This document shows positions 29,835 to 39,898 of a DNA stretch of 64,000 nucleotides, piece by piece; the first letter of the stretch is position 1, and each line of letters begins with the position of its first letter. A program made the translations under genes and the position numbers. The notes under the pieces were generated by a model that ran no database searches, was not told the origin of the DNA, and was given only the letters and a program-made list of their open reading frames with translations. The stretch lies in assembly GCA_031972475.1 (NCBI GenBank), contig DALYEP010000001.1, positions 543,180 through 607,179 on the forward strand, in the 5' to 3' direction. Origin of the DNA: Candidatus Babeliales bacterium (GTDB lineage: Bacteria; Babelota; Babeliae; Babelales; CAIQNR01).

Positions 29835-30662
29835 ATGTTCAATAATTTTCTAAGAAAAAACATAACAATAGCGGCTATGTTTTTTGTACATACAAATTTG
29901 AGATCATTTCAGGCAGACTCTTTTGAAAAACAACGCTGCCGATCTGCAATCCGTCACATTGGTGGAGATGGTTTTGGATATAAAGGATACACAACAATTG
30001 AAAGTTTTTTTTCACCAAATAAAAAAAACGTATTAATGCCTTTTGTAGATTTGCGAGGCCATATTTTAAATACAGGAAAATTAGCAACTAATGTTGGTCT
30101 TGGTTTACGAACAAAATCAAAAAAACGAGTATATGGCATCAATCTCTATTATGACTATAGGGCAACAAAGCTAATTGATTATAACCAAATAGGCTTTGGG
30201 CTTGAATGGCTTGGAACTTCTTGGGACTTTATATTTAATAGTTATATCCCACTCGGAAAAAAGATTACTGATATTTATGATATTAAAAAATATGATTTTG
30301 CACTTCAAGGCCTTGATTTAACTCTTGGATATCATTTTAAAACATCAAAAAATTTTGATTTTTATGCAGCTACTGGCCCATATTTTTATGAACAGCAAAT
30401 AGGTCGTGATTTTTGGGGTGTAAAATTTAGCTTAGCATGCGAATTTAAAGAATTTTTTACTGTAGAATTAACAAACTCTTATGACAAAATATATGGCAGT
30501 AGATTGCAATATGAATTCACAATAACCATTCCATTTGGTGGTGGATCACATTACAAAACAATCGAAAACAAAGACAACCTCTCTTCTGTTATGATTCAAC
30601 CAACAAGAAGAACAGAGGTTGTAGGAACACAAACAATTTCTGTTAGAGGTAAAAAATCATGA
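29835..30662 (+). CDS. Putative outer-membrane protein, paralog A
   Basis: N-terminal signal. Conserved blocks are shared with the next gene (RCRSAIRHIGG..GY.TIE.F.SP, DLRGH..N.GK.A.NVG.G.R...KKRVYGIN.YYD.R, RLQY...TIPFG). Confidence 0.5.
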   Translation: MFNNFLRKNITIAAMFFVHTNLRSFQADSFEKQRCRSAIRHIGGDGFGYKGYTTIESFFSPNKKNVLMPFVDLRGHILNTGKLATNVGLGLRTKSKKRVYGINLYYDYRATKLIDYNQIGFGLEWLGTSWDFIFNSYIPLGKKITDIYDIKKYDFALQGLDLTLGYHFKTSKNFDFYAATGPYFYEQQIGRDFWGVKFSLACEFKEFFTVELTNSYDKIYGSRLQYEFTITIPFGGGSHYKTIENKDNLSSVMIQPTRRTEVVGTQTISVRGKKS

Positions 30663-31534
30663 TTAAGAATCCTCTAAAGGTACCCATGAAAAACAAAAAT
30701 AGATTAATTTTTTGTGCACTATATTTCACTTATACAGCAGGAAATGTAAGTGATTTTAATTATATACAAAACATGCAATCCATCTCAAAATATAGATGCC
30801 GCAGCTCAGTGCGACATATTATAGGACACGGAGTCGGGTTTAATAGAGGTTATAGTACTGTAGAAACTTTCTATAGCCCGCTTAAAAAAAAGCCTGAAAA
30901 TATCATACCTTTTTTTGATATGAGAGGGCACGTTTTTAATAATGGCAAAATAGCTTTTAATGTTGGATCAGGAATAAGAAAACAAATTAAAAAAAGAGTT
31001 TATGGTATCAATACTTACTACGATTTTAGAAAAACAAAAAAAATGGACTATAACCAATTTGGATTAGGAGCAGAAACCTTAGGTGAATCATGGGATTTTA
31101 GAATTAATGGATATATTCCTTTTGCAGAAAAAATAACCGGACCTGATGAATATAATGTGTACCAATTTGCAATGCGAGGTGGTGATATTAGTTGCGGTTA
31201 TCATTTTAGCAAAACTGATTTTATTGATATGTCTTTACTTGGTGGATTTTATTATTACAAAGAGCACATAGGCCCAAATTTTGCAGGAATTTCAAGCGGG
31301 TTTAGATGTCGCTTTAAAGAATATTTTACATTTGCAATAGGAGCTTCTTATGACCCTGTTTTTAAAAGCAGACTTCAATACCTTATAGGATTTACTATTC
31401 CATTTGGACAAGAACCAGAAAAAGCAAATCTTTTGTACAAAAAAGAATCAGATCATAATACAAAATTAACATCGAGATCTGTACAACCAGTCTTTAGAGC
31501 GGAAATTCTTGGAATACGAGATATACAAACATAA
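30659..31534 (+). CDS. Putative outer-membrane protein, paralog B
   Basis: Clear paralog of 29835-30662. Its start overlaps the upstream stop (ATGA). Confidence 0.5.
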   Translation: MIKNPLKVPMKNKNRLIFCALYFTYTAGNVSDFNYIQNMQSISKYRCRSSVRHIIGHGVGFNRGYSTVETFYSPLKKKPENIIPFFDMRGHVFNNGKIAFNVGSGIRKQIKKRVYGINTYYDFRKTKKMDYNQFGLGAETLGESWDFRINGYIPFAEKITGPDEYNVYQFAMRGGDISCGYHFSKTDFIDMSLLGGFYYYKEHIGPNFAGISSGFRCRFKEYFTFAIGASYDPVFKSRLQYLIGFTIPFGQEPEKANLLYKKESDHNTKLTSRSVQPVFRAEILGIRDIQT

Positions 31535-31595
31535 AAAAATAAAATATTACACTGTAAGTATCAAACTAAAAAATTTGATACTTACAATAATTTAA

Positions 31596-32405
31596 TTATT
31601 CAATGCTCATGGTTTCAGAAGCTAAACCAATAAATGGAGTATTGCCACCTGAAACTTTTGGCAGTCTACCATCCCATTTTTCAATAGCCTTAAGCAACGC
31701 ATCAGCTTTTTTAAGAGCAATCAACTCTTTAGTTACAGAACCTTTTTTAACATCTAATGCATAAGCATCAGCCTCAGCTCTTGATTTTAACTGCAACGCC
31801 TCTTCTTTAACTTTTTCTGTTAAATTTTTTGCTGTTTTAGCGCTCTGTTCTGCTATTTGTTTTTCTTCAACTGCTTTAATAAAATCTGGAGAAAAATCAG
31901 AATGAACAAAATTAAAATCAATAAGCATAATATTTAAAGGAAGCAGACGTTCACCAAGCTCTAAAGAAACTTTATCTTTTGCTGCATGACGATATTGAAT
32001 CAAATCTTCAGCGGTATATTTAGCTACAACTGCCTTAATGCTTTCTTGTGCAAAAGGATCAATAATTACACGCTCAAAATCAGTTCCCACTGTTTGATAT
32101 AGCTTAACAGCATCATTAATTTTATAATTAATTGCCACACCTATAGAAACAAATTGCAAATCTTTAGAAAGCGCTGTTGTTTCTATAACTGACTTACAAA
32201 TACGATTATTTATATAAATAATTTTATCAATAACAGGAGTTTTTGCGTAAAAACCAGATGTTTCATGAACATCTACAACTTTTCCAAGCCTTAAATGCAA
32301 TGCTGTAAAACCAGGTTCTACAATATAAAAAGAGTTAAAAGCAACACCAATTCCAATCATAATAAAAGTAATTAGTATATAAACAAAAATTTCACGTATT
32401 TTCAT
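31596..32405 (-). CDS. SPFH/band-7 (prohibitin/HflK-C-like) membrane protein
   Basis: An N-terminal TM helix, then an SPFH-like domain, then a C-terminal coiled-coil rich in A/E/K. Confidence 0.65.
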   Translation of the reverse strand: MKIREIFVYILITFIMIGIGVAFNSFYIVEPGFTALHLRLGKVVDVHETSGFYAKTPVIDKIIYINNRICKSVIETTALSKDLQFVSIGVAINYKINDAVKLYQTVGTDFERVIIDPFAQESIKAVVAKYTAEDLIQYRHAAKDKVSLELGERLLPLNIMLIDFNFVHSDFSPDFIKAVEEKQIAEQSAKTAKNLTEKVKEEALQLKSRAEADAYALDVKKGSVTKELIALKKADALLKAIEKWDGRLPKVSGGNTPFIGLASETMSIE

Positions 32406-32474
32406 AACAACCTCTTAAATACAAAAGTTTTTTATATTGGATTGCCTATTAATTATTTTAATAATAACAGAAAT

Positions 32475-33140
32475 TTATTTTCTGCAAATCCGACCACGAA
32501 ATTGATCTTTTATAGAAATATAATCTTCTCCGGAAGAGCTTTCTACTGGATACTTTAAAATATTTTTATTCATTTTAAACTTAAAAGTCAAAACAAGATC
32601 GCACTTAATCAAAAAAGATAGATAAACCGCATGTGCAAAAAGATATGCTATATGTTCAGAAAGAAAAACATGTTTTTCTTTAGAACTTTTAAAAGAATCT
32701 TCTAATGTTAACCAAATAAATATATCTGCAAGCTGACTTGCCCTGTTAACCATAGATAAAACAATTTGATTAGGAAATTTTAATTGATCTAATTTAAACT
32801 TATCTATTTTTTTTATAATTATTTCTTCAATATACTTATAAGAAGCGTCGTTAGGCAAAGCTTCAGCATCGCTCATTACAAGATTTAAACTTTCAATAAT
32901 ATCAATCTGAGCAACAGTAGAAAAAGAAAACAATGTAAAAAAAACATCAGCAAGCTCTTCTTTGATAGCATTTTTTTTAAAATCATCTTGTTCTAAAGAG
33001 ATAAAATATTCAGCAAGTTCTCCAATTTCAACACAAATATTCATCGCTCCATTTTTAGGATTATGATAAGGCCACCAATTTCTTTGAGTAATAAAATCAT
33101 TAGAAATATTTATTAAATACAATAAAGAATTGTCATTCAT
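32475..33140 (-). CDS. MazG-like nucleotide pyrophosphohydrolase domain protein with a C-terminal extension
   Basis: EIGELAEY...EELADVFF matches the MazG EExxE...EExxD motif pair. Confidence 0.4.
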   Translation of the reverse strand: MNDNSLLYLINISNDFITQRNWWPYHNPKNGAMNICVEIGELAEYFISLEQDDFKKNAIKEELADVFFTLFSFSTVAQIDIIESLNLVMSDAEALPNDASYKYIEEIIIKKIDKFKLDQLKFPNQIVLSMVNRASQLADIFIWLTLEDSFKSSKEKHVFLSEHIAYLFAHAVYLSFLIKCDLVLTFKFKMNKNILKYPVESSSGEDYISIKDQFRGRICRK

Positions 33141-33225
33141 AGAATGTCTCTCGTTAAAAGTTTTATTATATTTGAATATATTATATAATACATGCCATTA
33201 ATACTATATCTAGGATGTAAATTTC

Positions 33226-33906
33226 ATGAAAAAAACATTATCGTTATCATTGCTTTTTTTAACCTTTGTTATTCATAGCGCAAATAACCAAGAAGCAGAT
33301 TTTAGAATTTCGCAATATCGTCCTATAAACACAACCTATCTAGCATTTAGGCATCCAGACCTAGGACATGACATAACTGATATTGCTGCACTTTCGTATC
33401 TAGCAACAATAGATACTCCAGGAACAATTCTTGATATAGAAAGACTTATGAGTCTTTGCCCTTCTATATCGATAGAAACAAAAATTGACCATTTTAACAA
33501 TACTTTACTTATAGAAGCTGCACGAGCAGGATCTTTTAATTTAATACAATATTTATTAAATCGTCCTGATATTAAAAGATCTGACATTGACGCTCAAACA
33601 ACAAATGGAACAACTGCTTTGATGCATGCATCAGAAAACAATTTAAATTATTCTTTTCCTATTATTCAAATACTTCTTGAAAAAGGATCAGATCCAAAAA
33701 TTAAAGATATAAATGGAAAAACAGCTTTAAGCAGAGCTATCAGTAAATGTAATATTCGATTACTACAAGAGCTTGTAGTACAAACATATTTAGAAGAAAA
33801 CGAATTAGAATTATATATAGAAGAATTAAAAAAAACAAAAAACCCTTTATTTTGTGAAGAGGCACAAACTTTATTACGTACGAGAACTTTTAAATTTGCA
33901 GATTAA
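33226..33906 (+). CDS. Secreted ankyrin-repeat protein
   Basis: Signal peptide MKKTLSLSLLFLTFVIHSA. There are at least three ANK repeats (NNTLLIEAARAGSFNLIQYLL, GTTALMHASENN..IIQILLEKGSDPKIKDINGKTALSRAI). Confidence 0.75.
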   Translation: MKKTLSLSLLFLTFVIHSANNQEADFRISQYRPINTTYLAFRHPDLGHDITDIAALSYLATIDTPGTILDIERLMSLCPSISIETKIDHFNNTLLIEAARAGSFNLIQYLLNRPDIKRSDIDAQTTNGTTALMHASENNLNYSFPIIQILLEKGSDPKIKDINGKTALSRAISKCNIRLLQELVVQTYLEENELELYIEELKKTKNPLFCEEAQTLLRTRTFKFAD

Positions 33907-34616
33907 TTTAAATCAAAAAATTTACGAATATCAGCTTGTTTTAATTTATCTCTATTAATTGATTCAAAATCAGATTGCATAACTGGATAATAAAAAATTA
34001 GCTTATCAGCAGGAACTCTATTTTTGATAATAATTTCGGGAAAAAATTCTTGACTGATATTACAATGATATTCAGATAATAGAATTTTTGAATTTTCATA
34101 TAAAGCTTGTCTATTAAAATCTTCTTTTATAAAACCATTATAAACATAATGGTTTTTTTTATTAACAAGATATCTTACAACTCTGCTAGGAGCGTAATCT
34201 CCCAAAATAGAATTAGAAATTAATGAAGCTTGGCAAAAAAAATCAAAAGGTAAAAAATATACATTATCAAATTCTTGAGGAAGTATATTTTCACTTTTTT
34301 CTGTAAATTCAGATTCTTTTAATTTACTACGCATCAAAAACTCTTTTCTAAGAGAACGAATACCATGAGCAATTAATTGATTAGATGAAAGTAGTCCATT
34401 TTTTTTAACAAAAGACTCCACTTCTTCTTTATAAGAAGGCTCAAATAAACAAATTATATGACATAACAATGTATAATTACTTTCAGGAAATTTTATAAAC
34501 TTCTCCCAGAAAGGAATTAATCTATTGCATGTTTTCTTTTGTTTATCATTCAAATCAGATAAAGAAGAAATTGAAGTTGCAAAAGTTAAAAATATATAAA
34601 AAAAGAATCTTTTCAT
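33903..34616 (-). CDS. Hypothetical secreted protein
   Basis: Signal peptide MKRFFFYIFLTFATSISS. No family recognised. Confidence 0.4.
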   Translation of the reverse strand: MKRFFFYIFLTFATSISSLSDLNDKQKKTCNRLIPFWEKFIKFPESNYTLLCHIICLFEPSYKEEVESFVKKNGLLSSNQLIAHGIRSLRKEFLMRSKLKESEFTEKSENILPQEFDNVYFLPFDFFCQASLISNSILGDYAPSRVVRYLVNKKNHYVYNGFIKEDFNRQALYENSKILLSEYHCNISQEFFPEIIIKNRVPADKLIFYYPVMQSDFESINRDKLKQADIRKFFDLN

Positions 34617-34753
34617 GCTTTATAATTTACCAAATAAATATCGTTAAGTATTTTTTATTTTTAAAGCTTTTTTAAATGTTTTTATAAGAATTTTAATTTT
34701 ACTTATAATTATTTTTTTTATTTTATTCATAATTTCTTTCTTAAAAATTAATT

Positions 34754-35218
34754 TCAAAGGTTTCTGTGTCTTCTATCATCATCTATATAATCATCTGAAT
34801 CTATATAAGCATCTTCAGAAAAATTTGAGTTTAAAAAAGAATCTAGTGAATTTAAGTATACATTTTCTACATCACTTTCAGATTCTTCTTTATCACTTGT
34901 AGATTCTTGATCAAATTCATTTGCTGCATATCCATTTGCTCCATCTTCTTCTTGATTTTCCAAAAATTCTTCTTCGTCTTGATTACTTAATTCATAATCA
35001 GATTCATCATCTGCTATATATCCATCTTGACCATTATGTTGATCTTCTAAAAACTCTTCTTGTTCTGGAATTTGATCATCAAATTCATCATCTAATGCTG
35101 ATAAACTATCAACTTGATCACTAGTATCATATTCTCCAACACCATAACTCTGAACAACTACAATACCAAAAATTAATAATGCCATTCTTGTTAGTCGCTT
35201 TATATTTAAACTTTCCAT
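34754..35218 (-). CDS. Highly acidic (D/E-rich) secreted protein
   Basis: A signal peptide is followed by more than 35% Asp/Glu, predicted disordered. Confidence 0.45.
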   Translation of the reverse strand: MESLNIKRLTRMALLIFGIVVVQSYGVGEYDTSDQVDSLSALDDEFDDQIPEQEEFLEDQHNGQDGYIADDESDYELSNQDEEEFLENQEEDGANGYAANEFDQESTSDKEESESDVENVYLNSLDSFLNSNFSEDAYIDSDDYIDDDRRHRNL

Positions 35219-35265
35219 AAAATTCCTTTTAATTAAATATCAAAAACTCAATAAAAATAATTATC

Positions 35266-35544
35266 TTAATTTACAGGGGCACAAGGAATACGAACTGAAT
35301 CGTTTAGACCTTTGCAAACTTTTTTGCCTGGAATAGTGCAAAAATGATTGTGTATTTTATAAGCCATTGCTTTTACTTTTTTAACACATGCTTTACAAGC
35401 AGATTCAAACTTATCCCCTATCCCATAGTAATAACTATGAGGCCCATAAGAATCGCCAGAAACATCAAATTCCATAGTTTTAATTGATGAAATTGATAAA
35501 AATAAAAAAAAACTTAGAAAAAGACGTACAGACTGATGCTTCAC
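35266..35544 (-). CDS. Small Cys-rich secreted protein
   Basis: 92 aa with a signal peptide. The mature part has 6 Cys. Confidence 0.4.
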   Translation of the reverse strand: MKHQSVRLFLSFFLFLSISSIKTMEFDVSGDSYGPHSYYYGIGDKFESACKACVKKVKAMAYKIHNHFCTIPGKKVCKGLNDSVRIPCAPVN

Positions 35545-35675
35545 AATAACCTCCTTTTAAATAAGCTATTCTAATAACCACTTATAATGAGGATACCTTC
35601 TAAAAGCATGTAAAGTAAAGGGTTTTACAAAAAAACAAAATTAGAAAATATTATAATAAAGACATTTAATTAAAA

Positions 35676-36632
35676 CTAAACATGCGTAACTTTAATGCCA
35701 AGCCGAGCCTTAATTAAATCAGCAAGATTACCTTCCTTTGTCATTCTCTGATTAAAAGAATGAGATGAATCTTTAGAAATTTCTGAATTTCTAGAAAAAC
35801 TATCATCCTTTCTAAGCTCTATAAATATACTTCTAGAACTAATTCCATAATCCTTTAAGATCCCCACTATTTGAAAAGTTAAGCTTTTTCTTAAATCATC
35901 ATCCGACTCAAAAAATTTAATTCCTTTATATCGACCTCTATAATCATAATTTATGCGTAAACAATCTTGCATCCAAGCGCATTGCAAAGGAGTTAATTTC
36001 GATGAATCTAAAGGAAGTCCGGTAGATCCTTTATGAGATGAATCTAAATGCTCTTCAATACGATGCTTTTTATAAAATTCTAAAAATTTTTTAAAATGAA
36101 ATAATCTTCGTTGATTCCGCCTTTCAACAATTTTTTTTTCATTCTCAGAAGAAATATTATACTTAAGACGAAATGAACCCTCAGGAACATGCGTAAAAGA
36201 ATAATCAAATGGGGTATGTAATAAATAACCAAAATTTACATCAAAAGGAAAATCTGTAATTTCATGACCATAAGAAAAAAAAGAGGCTACACTCATCGAT
36301 CTATTGAATGCTAATTGATTGTTTTCGCTACTAATAATGCGAGAAAAATAATCTAAAACTACTGATGATACATCATTAAAGCCATGTAAAAGAGATAAGT
36401 GTACAACATACAACCAATACTCATTAACAACTTTATGACCATCTTCATCAATAATAGGTGTATAACGCTGCATTTCATAAGAGACAAATGATTTCATCTG
36501 ATCTAAATTTTGCACTTTTATTTTTTTAAAAAATGAATGTGCATTACTAACGCGACATACGTCATCAGATCCATAAATAGTTAAATGTGATAAAAGAATA
36601 AAATATATAACCTTATTTTTTGTAAAATTCAC
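35676..36632 (-). CDS. Hypothetical protein
   Basis: About 318 aa. The longest ORF starts at GTG 36647. The internal GTG 36632 reduces the overlap with trmH to 20 nt. No motif recognised. Confidence 0.4.
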   Translation of the reverse strand: MNFTKNKVIYFILLSHLTIYGSDDVCRVSNAHSFFKKIKVQNLDQMKSFVSYEMQRYTPIIDEDGHKVVNEYWLYVVHLSLLHGFNDVSSVVLDYFSRIISSENNQLAFNRSMSVASFFSYGHEITDFPFDVNFGYLLHTPFDYSFTHVPEGSFRLKYNISSENEKKIVERRNQRRLFHFKKFLEFYKKHRIEEHLDSSHKGSTGLPLDSSKLTPLQCAWMQDCLRINYDYRGRYKGIKFFESDDDLRKSLTFQIVGILKDYGISSRSIFIELRKDDSFSRNSEISKDSSHSFNQRMTKEGNLADLIKARLGIKVTHV

Positions 36633-37293
36633 GCTCAAGAATATCACCTCGTTCTATAGCTAGTTTAACCCATAACAATTCAAGGTCTTCTAATTCTTTT
36701 TTAGATAACTTCCAATCAACTACCGATTCCCTTAATTTTGTAGTTAAATCATACAAACAAAGCGCAACACTAACTGACACATTAAAACTCTCTACAAAGC
36801 CATACATTGGAATACTAATAAGCTCATCAGCCTGTTCTAGCGCTTGATCAGTTAACCCTTCATCTTCTGTGCCAAACATTAAGGCAATTTTTGAATTAAG
36901 GTCAAGCTCATGCAATTGTTTTTTACCATGAGGTGAAGTTGCAATTATACGATACCCTTTATTTTTTAAATTTTGAATACATTGATCTGTAGGGCTTTTT
37001 TCAGAACAAAGATCGGAAGTGTAATGACTAACAGTAAGCCATTTGCTTGCACCCATAGCAATATTTTTCTTTATTTCTAATTTATTTTTATACTCAATAC
37101 AATGAACATCTTGAACACCAAGAGCATCGCATGAGCGCATTATTGCCGCAGCATTATGAGATTGATACATATCTTCTAAAATCACCGTAATGTAACGAGT
37201 ACGATTAAAAAGATTTTTTCTAATTTTTTCTTGTCTATCTTTTGTAAGAAATTCATATAAATAAGCTAATAATTCTTTTTTTCTATCAAGCAT
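36613..37293 (-). CDS. trmH: tRNA (guanosine18-2'-O)-methyltransferase-like SpoU enzyme
   Basis: Colinear with E. coli TrmH (SHNAAAIMRSCDALGV, IALMFGTEDEGLT, IPMYGFVESFNVSVSVAL). Confidence 0.7.
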   Translation of the reverse strand: MLDRKKELLAYLYEFLTKDRQEKIRKNLFNRTRYITVILEDMYQSHNAAAIMRSCDALGVQDVHCIEYKNKLEIKKNIAMGASKWLTVSHYTSDLCSEKSPTDQCIQNLKNKGYRIIATSPHGKKQLHELDLNSKIALMFGTEDEGLTDQALEQADELISIPMYGFVESFNVSVSVALCLYDLTTKLRESVVDWKLSKKELEDLELLWVKLAIERGDILEREFYKK

Positions 37294-37403
37294 AATTGAC
37301 TTTCTTTAAGAATATAAATTTTGCATATTGAAAAAATATTATATATGTTAATCGCCGTTTCGTATAGGAATGAAGTATCTTGAAAAAAGGAAATAAAAAA
37401 ATT

Positions 37404-38234
37404 ATGAACAAAAAACTGCCTTATTATGTATTACTTTTATCTATATTTTTAATATCATGCGCTACAGAAAAATCTAAAAAAAATCCTATAGATACTTCTG
37501 CGCTTAGTATAAATGCCGATCGAGTTGATGTAGTTATGCATATTCATAATAATTTTAATAATAGCACATCAGAACTTCATTCAAAAATCGAAACAGAAAC
37601 AAAATTTGCACAAGACAACAAACAAGACAACAAACAAGACAACAAACAAGACAACAAACAAGACAACAAACAAAAAGATAAAGCGCATACTCTGGTTGAA
37701 AGTTCAAATTCATCCAACAACGCTCTACGTCATCATTATTTAGCAGAAAAAAAATTTAATACTTTTTTACCAAGTATAAATTCCCTTATTTATTCAATTA
37801 TTATAGTAGGAGCAACATCATATACAATAGCTTTTATCACTTATTACAGAACCAAAAAACTTCTAAACGACCCTACAGCATGGTGTAATTGGAAGCCACA
37901 TGCTCTATTAAAAGATTCTAAAAAAATATTTATTCAGGAACTACTTGAAACAATTGAAAAAAACAATTTAAACAAACAAAATCAAGCAAATTATATTCCA
38001 CCAATGATGCAGTTTTTAAAAGAAATAGAAAGTGAATATGCAATTTTAAGTAACTACATATTCACTGCAAAATGGTCTCAAAAGGTCTATTTTTATAAAA
38101 TATTTCCAGCAGATGATATAAGATCGATAGCCCAAGAAAAAATAAACAGACTTGATTATATTAAAAATATTTTTTTTGAATGGGCAGAATCTCAACGATC
38201 CAGAAAGATTAAAGAACTTACACAAAGTTTTTAA
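37404..38234 (+). CDS. Lipoprotein with (QDNK)5 repeats and a C-terminal TM or globular region
   Basis: Lipobox LISC. An alternative TTG start lies at 37380. Confidence 0.55.
   Translation: MNKKLPYYVLLLSIFLISCATEKSKKNPIDTSALSINADRVDVVMHIHNNFNNSTSELHSKIETETKFAQDNKQDNKQDNKQDNKQDNKQKDKAHTLVESSNSSNNALRHHYLAEKKFNTFLPSINSLIYSIIIVGATSYTIAFITYYRTKKLLNDPTAWCNWKPHALLKDSKKIFIQELLETIEKNNLNKQNQANYIPPMMQFLKEIESEYAILSNYIFTAKWSQKVYFYKIFPADDIRSIAQEKINRLDYIKNIFFEWAESQRSRKIKELTQSF
37611..37670. repeat. 5 perfect copies of CAAGACAACAAA (12 nt) encoding QDNK x5
   Basis: Read directly. Confidence 0.85.
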
Positions 38235-39898
38235 TCTTTAGCACCACCAATACCCAACTTAGAAACAAAATATTTAATATCATCATCAGCAAATCTTATA
38301 CCAGCTCCATAAAATACGTTTGCGTTATGCTTACTAACAAAATCGTCAGCACCATAATCTAAATAGAAGTTACGAAGCAAGAATACCCTGTTTATCCATT
38401 TTAAATGGGGTCTTGCATCATTGATACGATCACGACCGCGTAAGTCAAATGCCTCAAAAGAACTTACCCAACGGAACAATTCAGTTCCAAGTGGTAATTC
38501 ATAATCAACACCAAAACCAAAAGTATTTTCGAACATACCAGCTCTAAATGCTATATCATTGTATGCCTTACCAAATTGAAATCCATACTTAACCGTATCC
38601 CGAATTTGGACTAATTCAACAATATGAGGAGATTGGAAAAGTTTAAAATCATCGCTTATGTTCATATAATTTTGATTATAAAGATTTCCATTTTGATCAA
38701 AAAACTCTCTACGGAGCTCTCGTCTTTCTATCTTACCTTTAGTTGATCCACATAATTGTACAATGTAGAAACGATCTTCTGCTGGATGTATACGAATATC
38801 TATATACCCTTTAGAATCTTTGTGCACAAAATGCTCTGCGGGTCTATACATAGCTTCAAAGTGAGAATCAAAAACAACCCCTAAACTCTCGACCCTAGAA
38901 AAATAATTTCTTAATCCCTGAACAGCAACTTTAATATCTTGGTAAGTTTCATCTTCATTAATTAATTTACCAACAAGCCCTTTACCTTCATTGATTTTAT
39001 CTGCAACAGATCCTATACTCCTAAATCCATCTCGAGTTTGAAGCGCAGCCTCTTCTATTGCTGTTGCAGTCCCTTCAAGCTTGCCTGTTATCTTATCAAA
39101 ATCCCTATCAAATGCTTTTGCAATTTTTTCTATATTTCTTTGAACTGATGGCAAAACTTCATCTTCAACCTGCAAAGCTATACGGTGTATGTCATCTTGA
39201 ATTAATGGGTATCCAGAACGTAAATCATGTGCAAAACTTCTTAAATCAGCAACTAATGAATTAACATCATTTTCATTTTTACCTACAATACGATCAAGAC
39301 CGTCTGAAAAAGATGCAATTTTTTCAGATGCTTTATGAAATCTTTCAATCATTTCTTTAAGATGCGCACGCTGTTCAGCTCCTGCTACAGCATCTTTAAG
39401 AGAAGATGTAATTTCTTCTACATTTTCAGCAACAGCACTAAATTTTTGAATTAAAGAATCAACAGATGCTGGAGACTTGCCAGGGTTGCCTAAGGGCTGA
39501 CCTTTTGCAAGCGCAGGCAATAACGGATCACCAGGATTAATCTCTAAAAATTTAACCCCCAAAAGACCATCTTGTCTGACATGAGCAGTTGCATCAGAAC
39601 GCAAAGCATAACGTTTATCAATTAAAACAGTAGCTTTTGCTTGAAATTCTGAATCACCTTGAATAAGTGATATATCATCAATCCAACCAACCTTTACGCC
39701 TGCAATTTTTACATCTGCCTTGCGATTAAGACCAGAAACGTCTTGGAAAAAAATTGCATGTGATTTGTAATTTCCTGTATCAACTCTAAATGCACCAATT
39801 TGAAAAGTCATGTATAAAAATATTCCAAGAGCGCCAAGGACAAATATACCAACTTGTGTTTCTGTACTGATCCGCATTGTTTCCTTTTCTAGAGCCAA
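38231..39898 (-). CDS. MlaD/MCE-domain membrane protein with a long alpha-helical C-terminal extension
   Basis: An N-terminal TM helix, then VGIFVLGALGIF, then DVSGLNRKADVKIAGVKVGWIDDISL..., then DGLLGVKFLEINPG. These match MlaD/MCE. It overlaps the upstream gspK-like gene by 10 nt. Confidence 0.8.
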   Translation of the reverse strand: MALEKETMRISTETQVGIFVLGALGIFLYMTFQIGAFRVDTGNYKSHAIFFQDVSGLNRKADVKIAGVKVGWIDDISLIQGDSEFQAKATVLIDKRYALRSDATAHVRQDGLLGVKFLEINPGDPLLPALAKGQPLGNPGKSPASVDSLIQKFSAVAENVEEITSSLKDAVAGAEQRAHLKEMIERFHKASEKIASFSDGLDRIVGKNENDVNSLVADLRSFAHDLRSGYPLIQDDIHRIALQVEDEVLPSVQRNIEKIAKAFDRDFDKITGKLEGTATAIEEAALQTRDGFRSIGSVADKINEGKGLVGKLINEDETYQDIKVAVQGLRNYFSRVESLGVVFDSHFEAMYRPAEHFVHKDSKGYIDIRIHPAEDRFYIVQLCGSTKGKIERRELRREFFDQNGNLYNQNYMNISDDFKLFQSPHIVELVQIRDTVKYGFQFGKAYNDIAFRAGMFENTFGFGVDYELPLGTELFRWVSSFEAFDLRGRDRINDARPHLKWINRVFLLRNFYLDYGADDFVSKHNANVFYGAGIRFADDDIKYFVSKLGIGGAKD

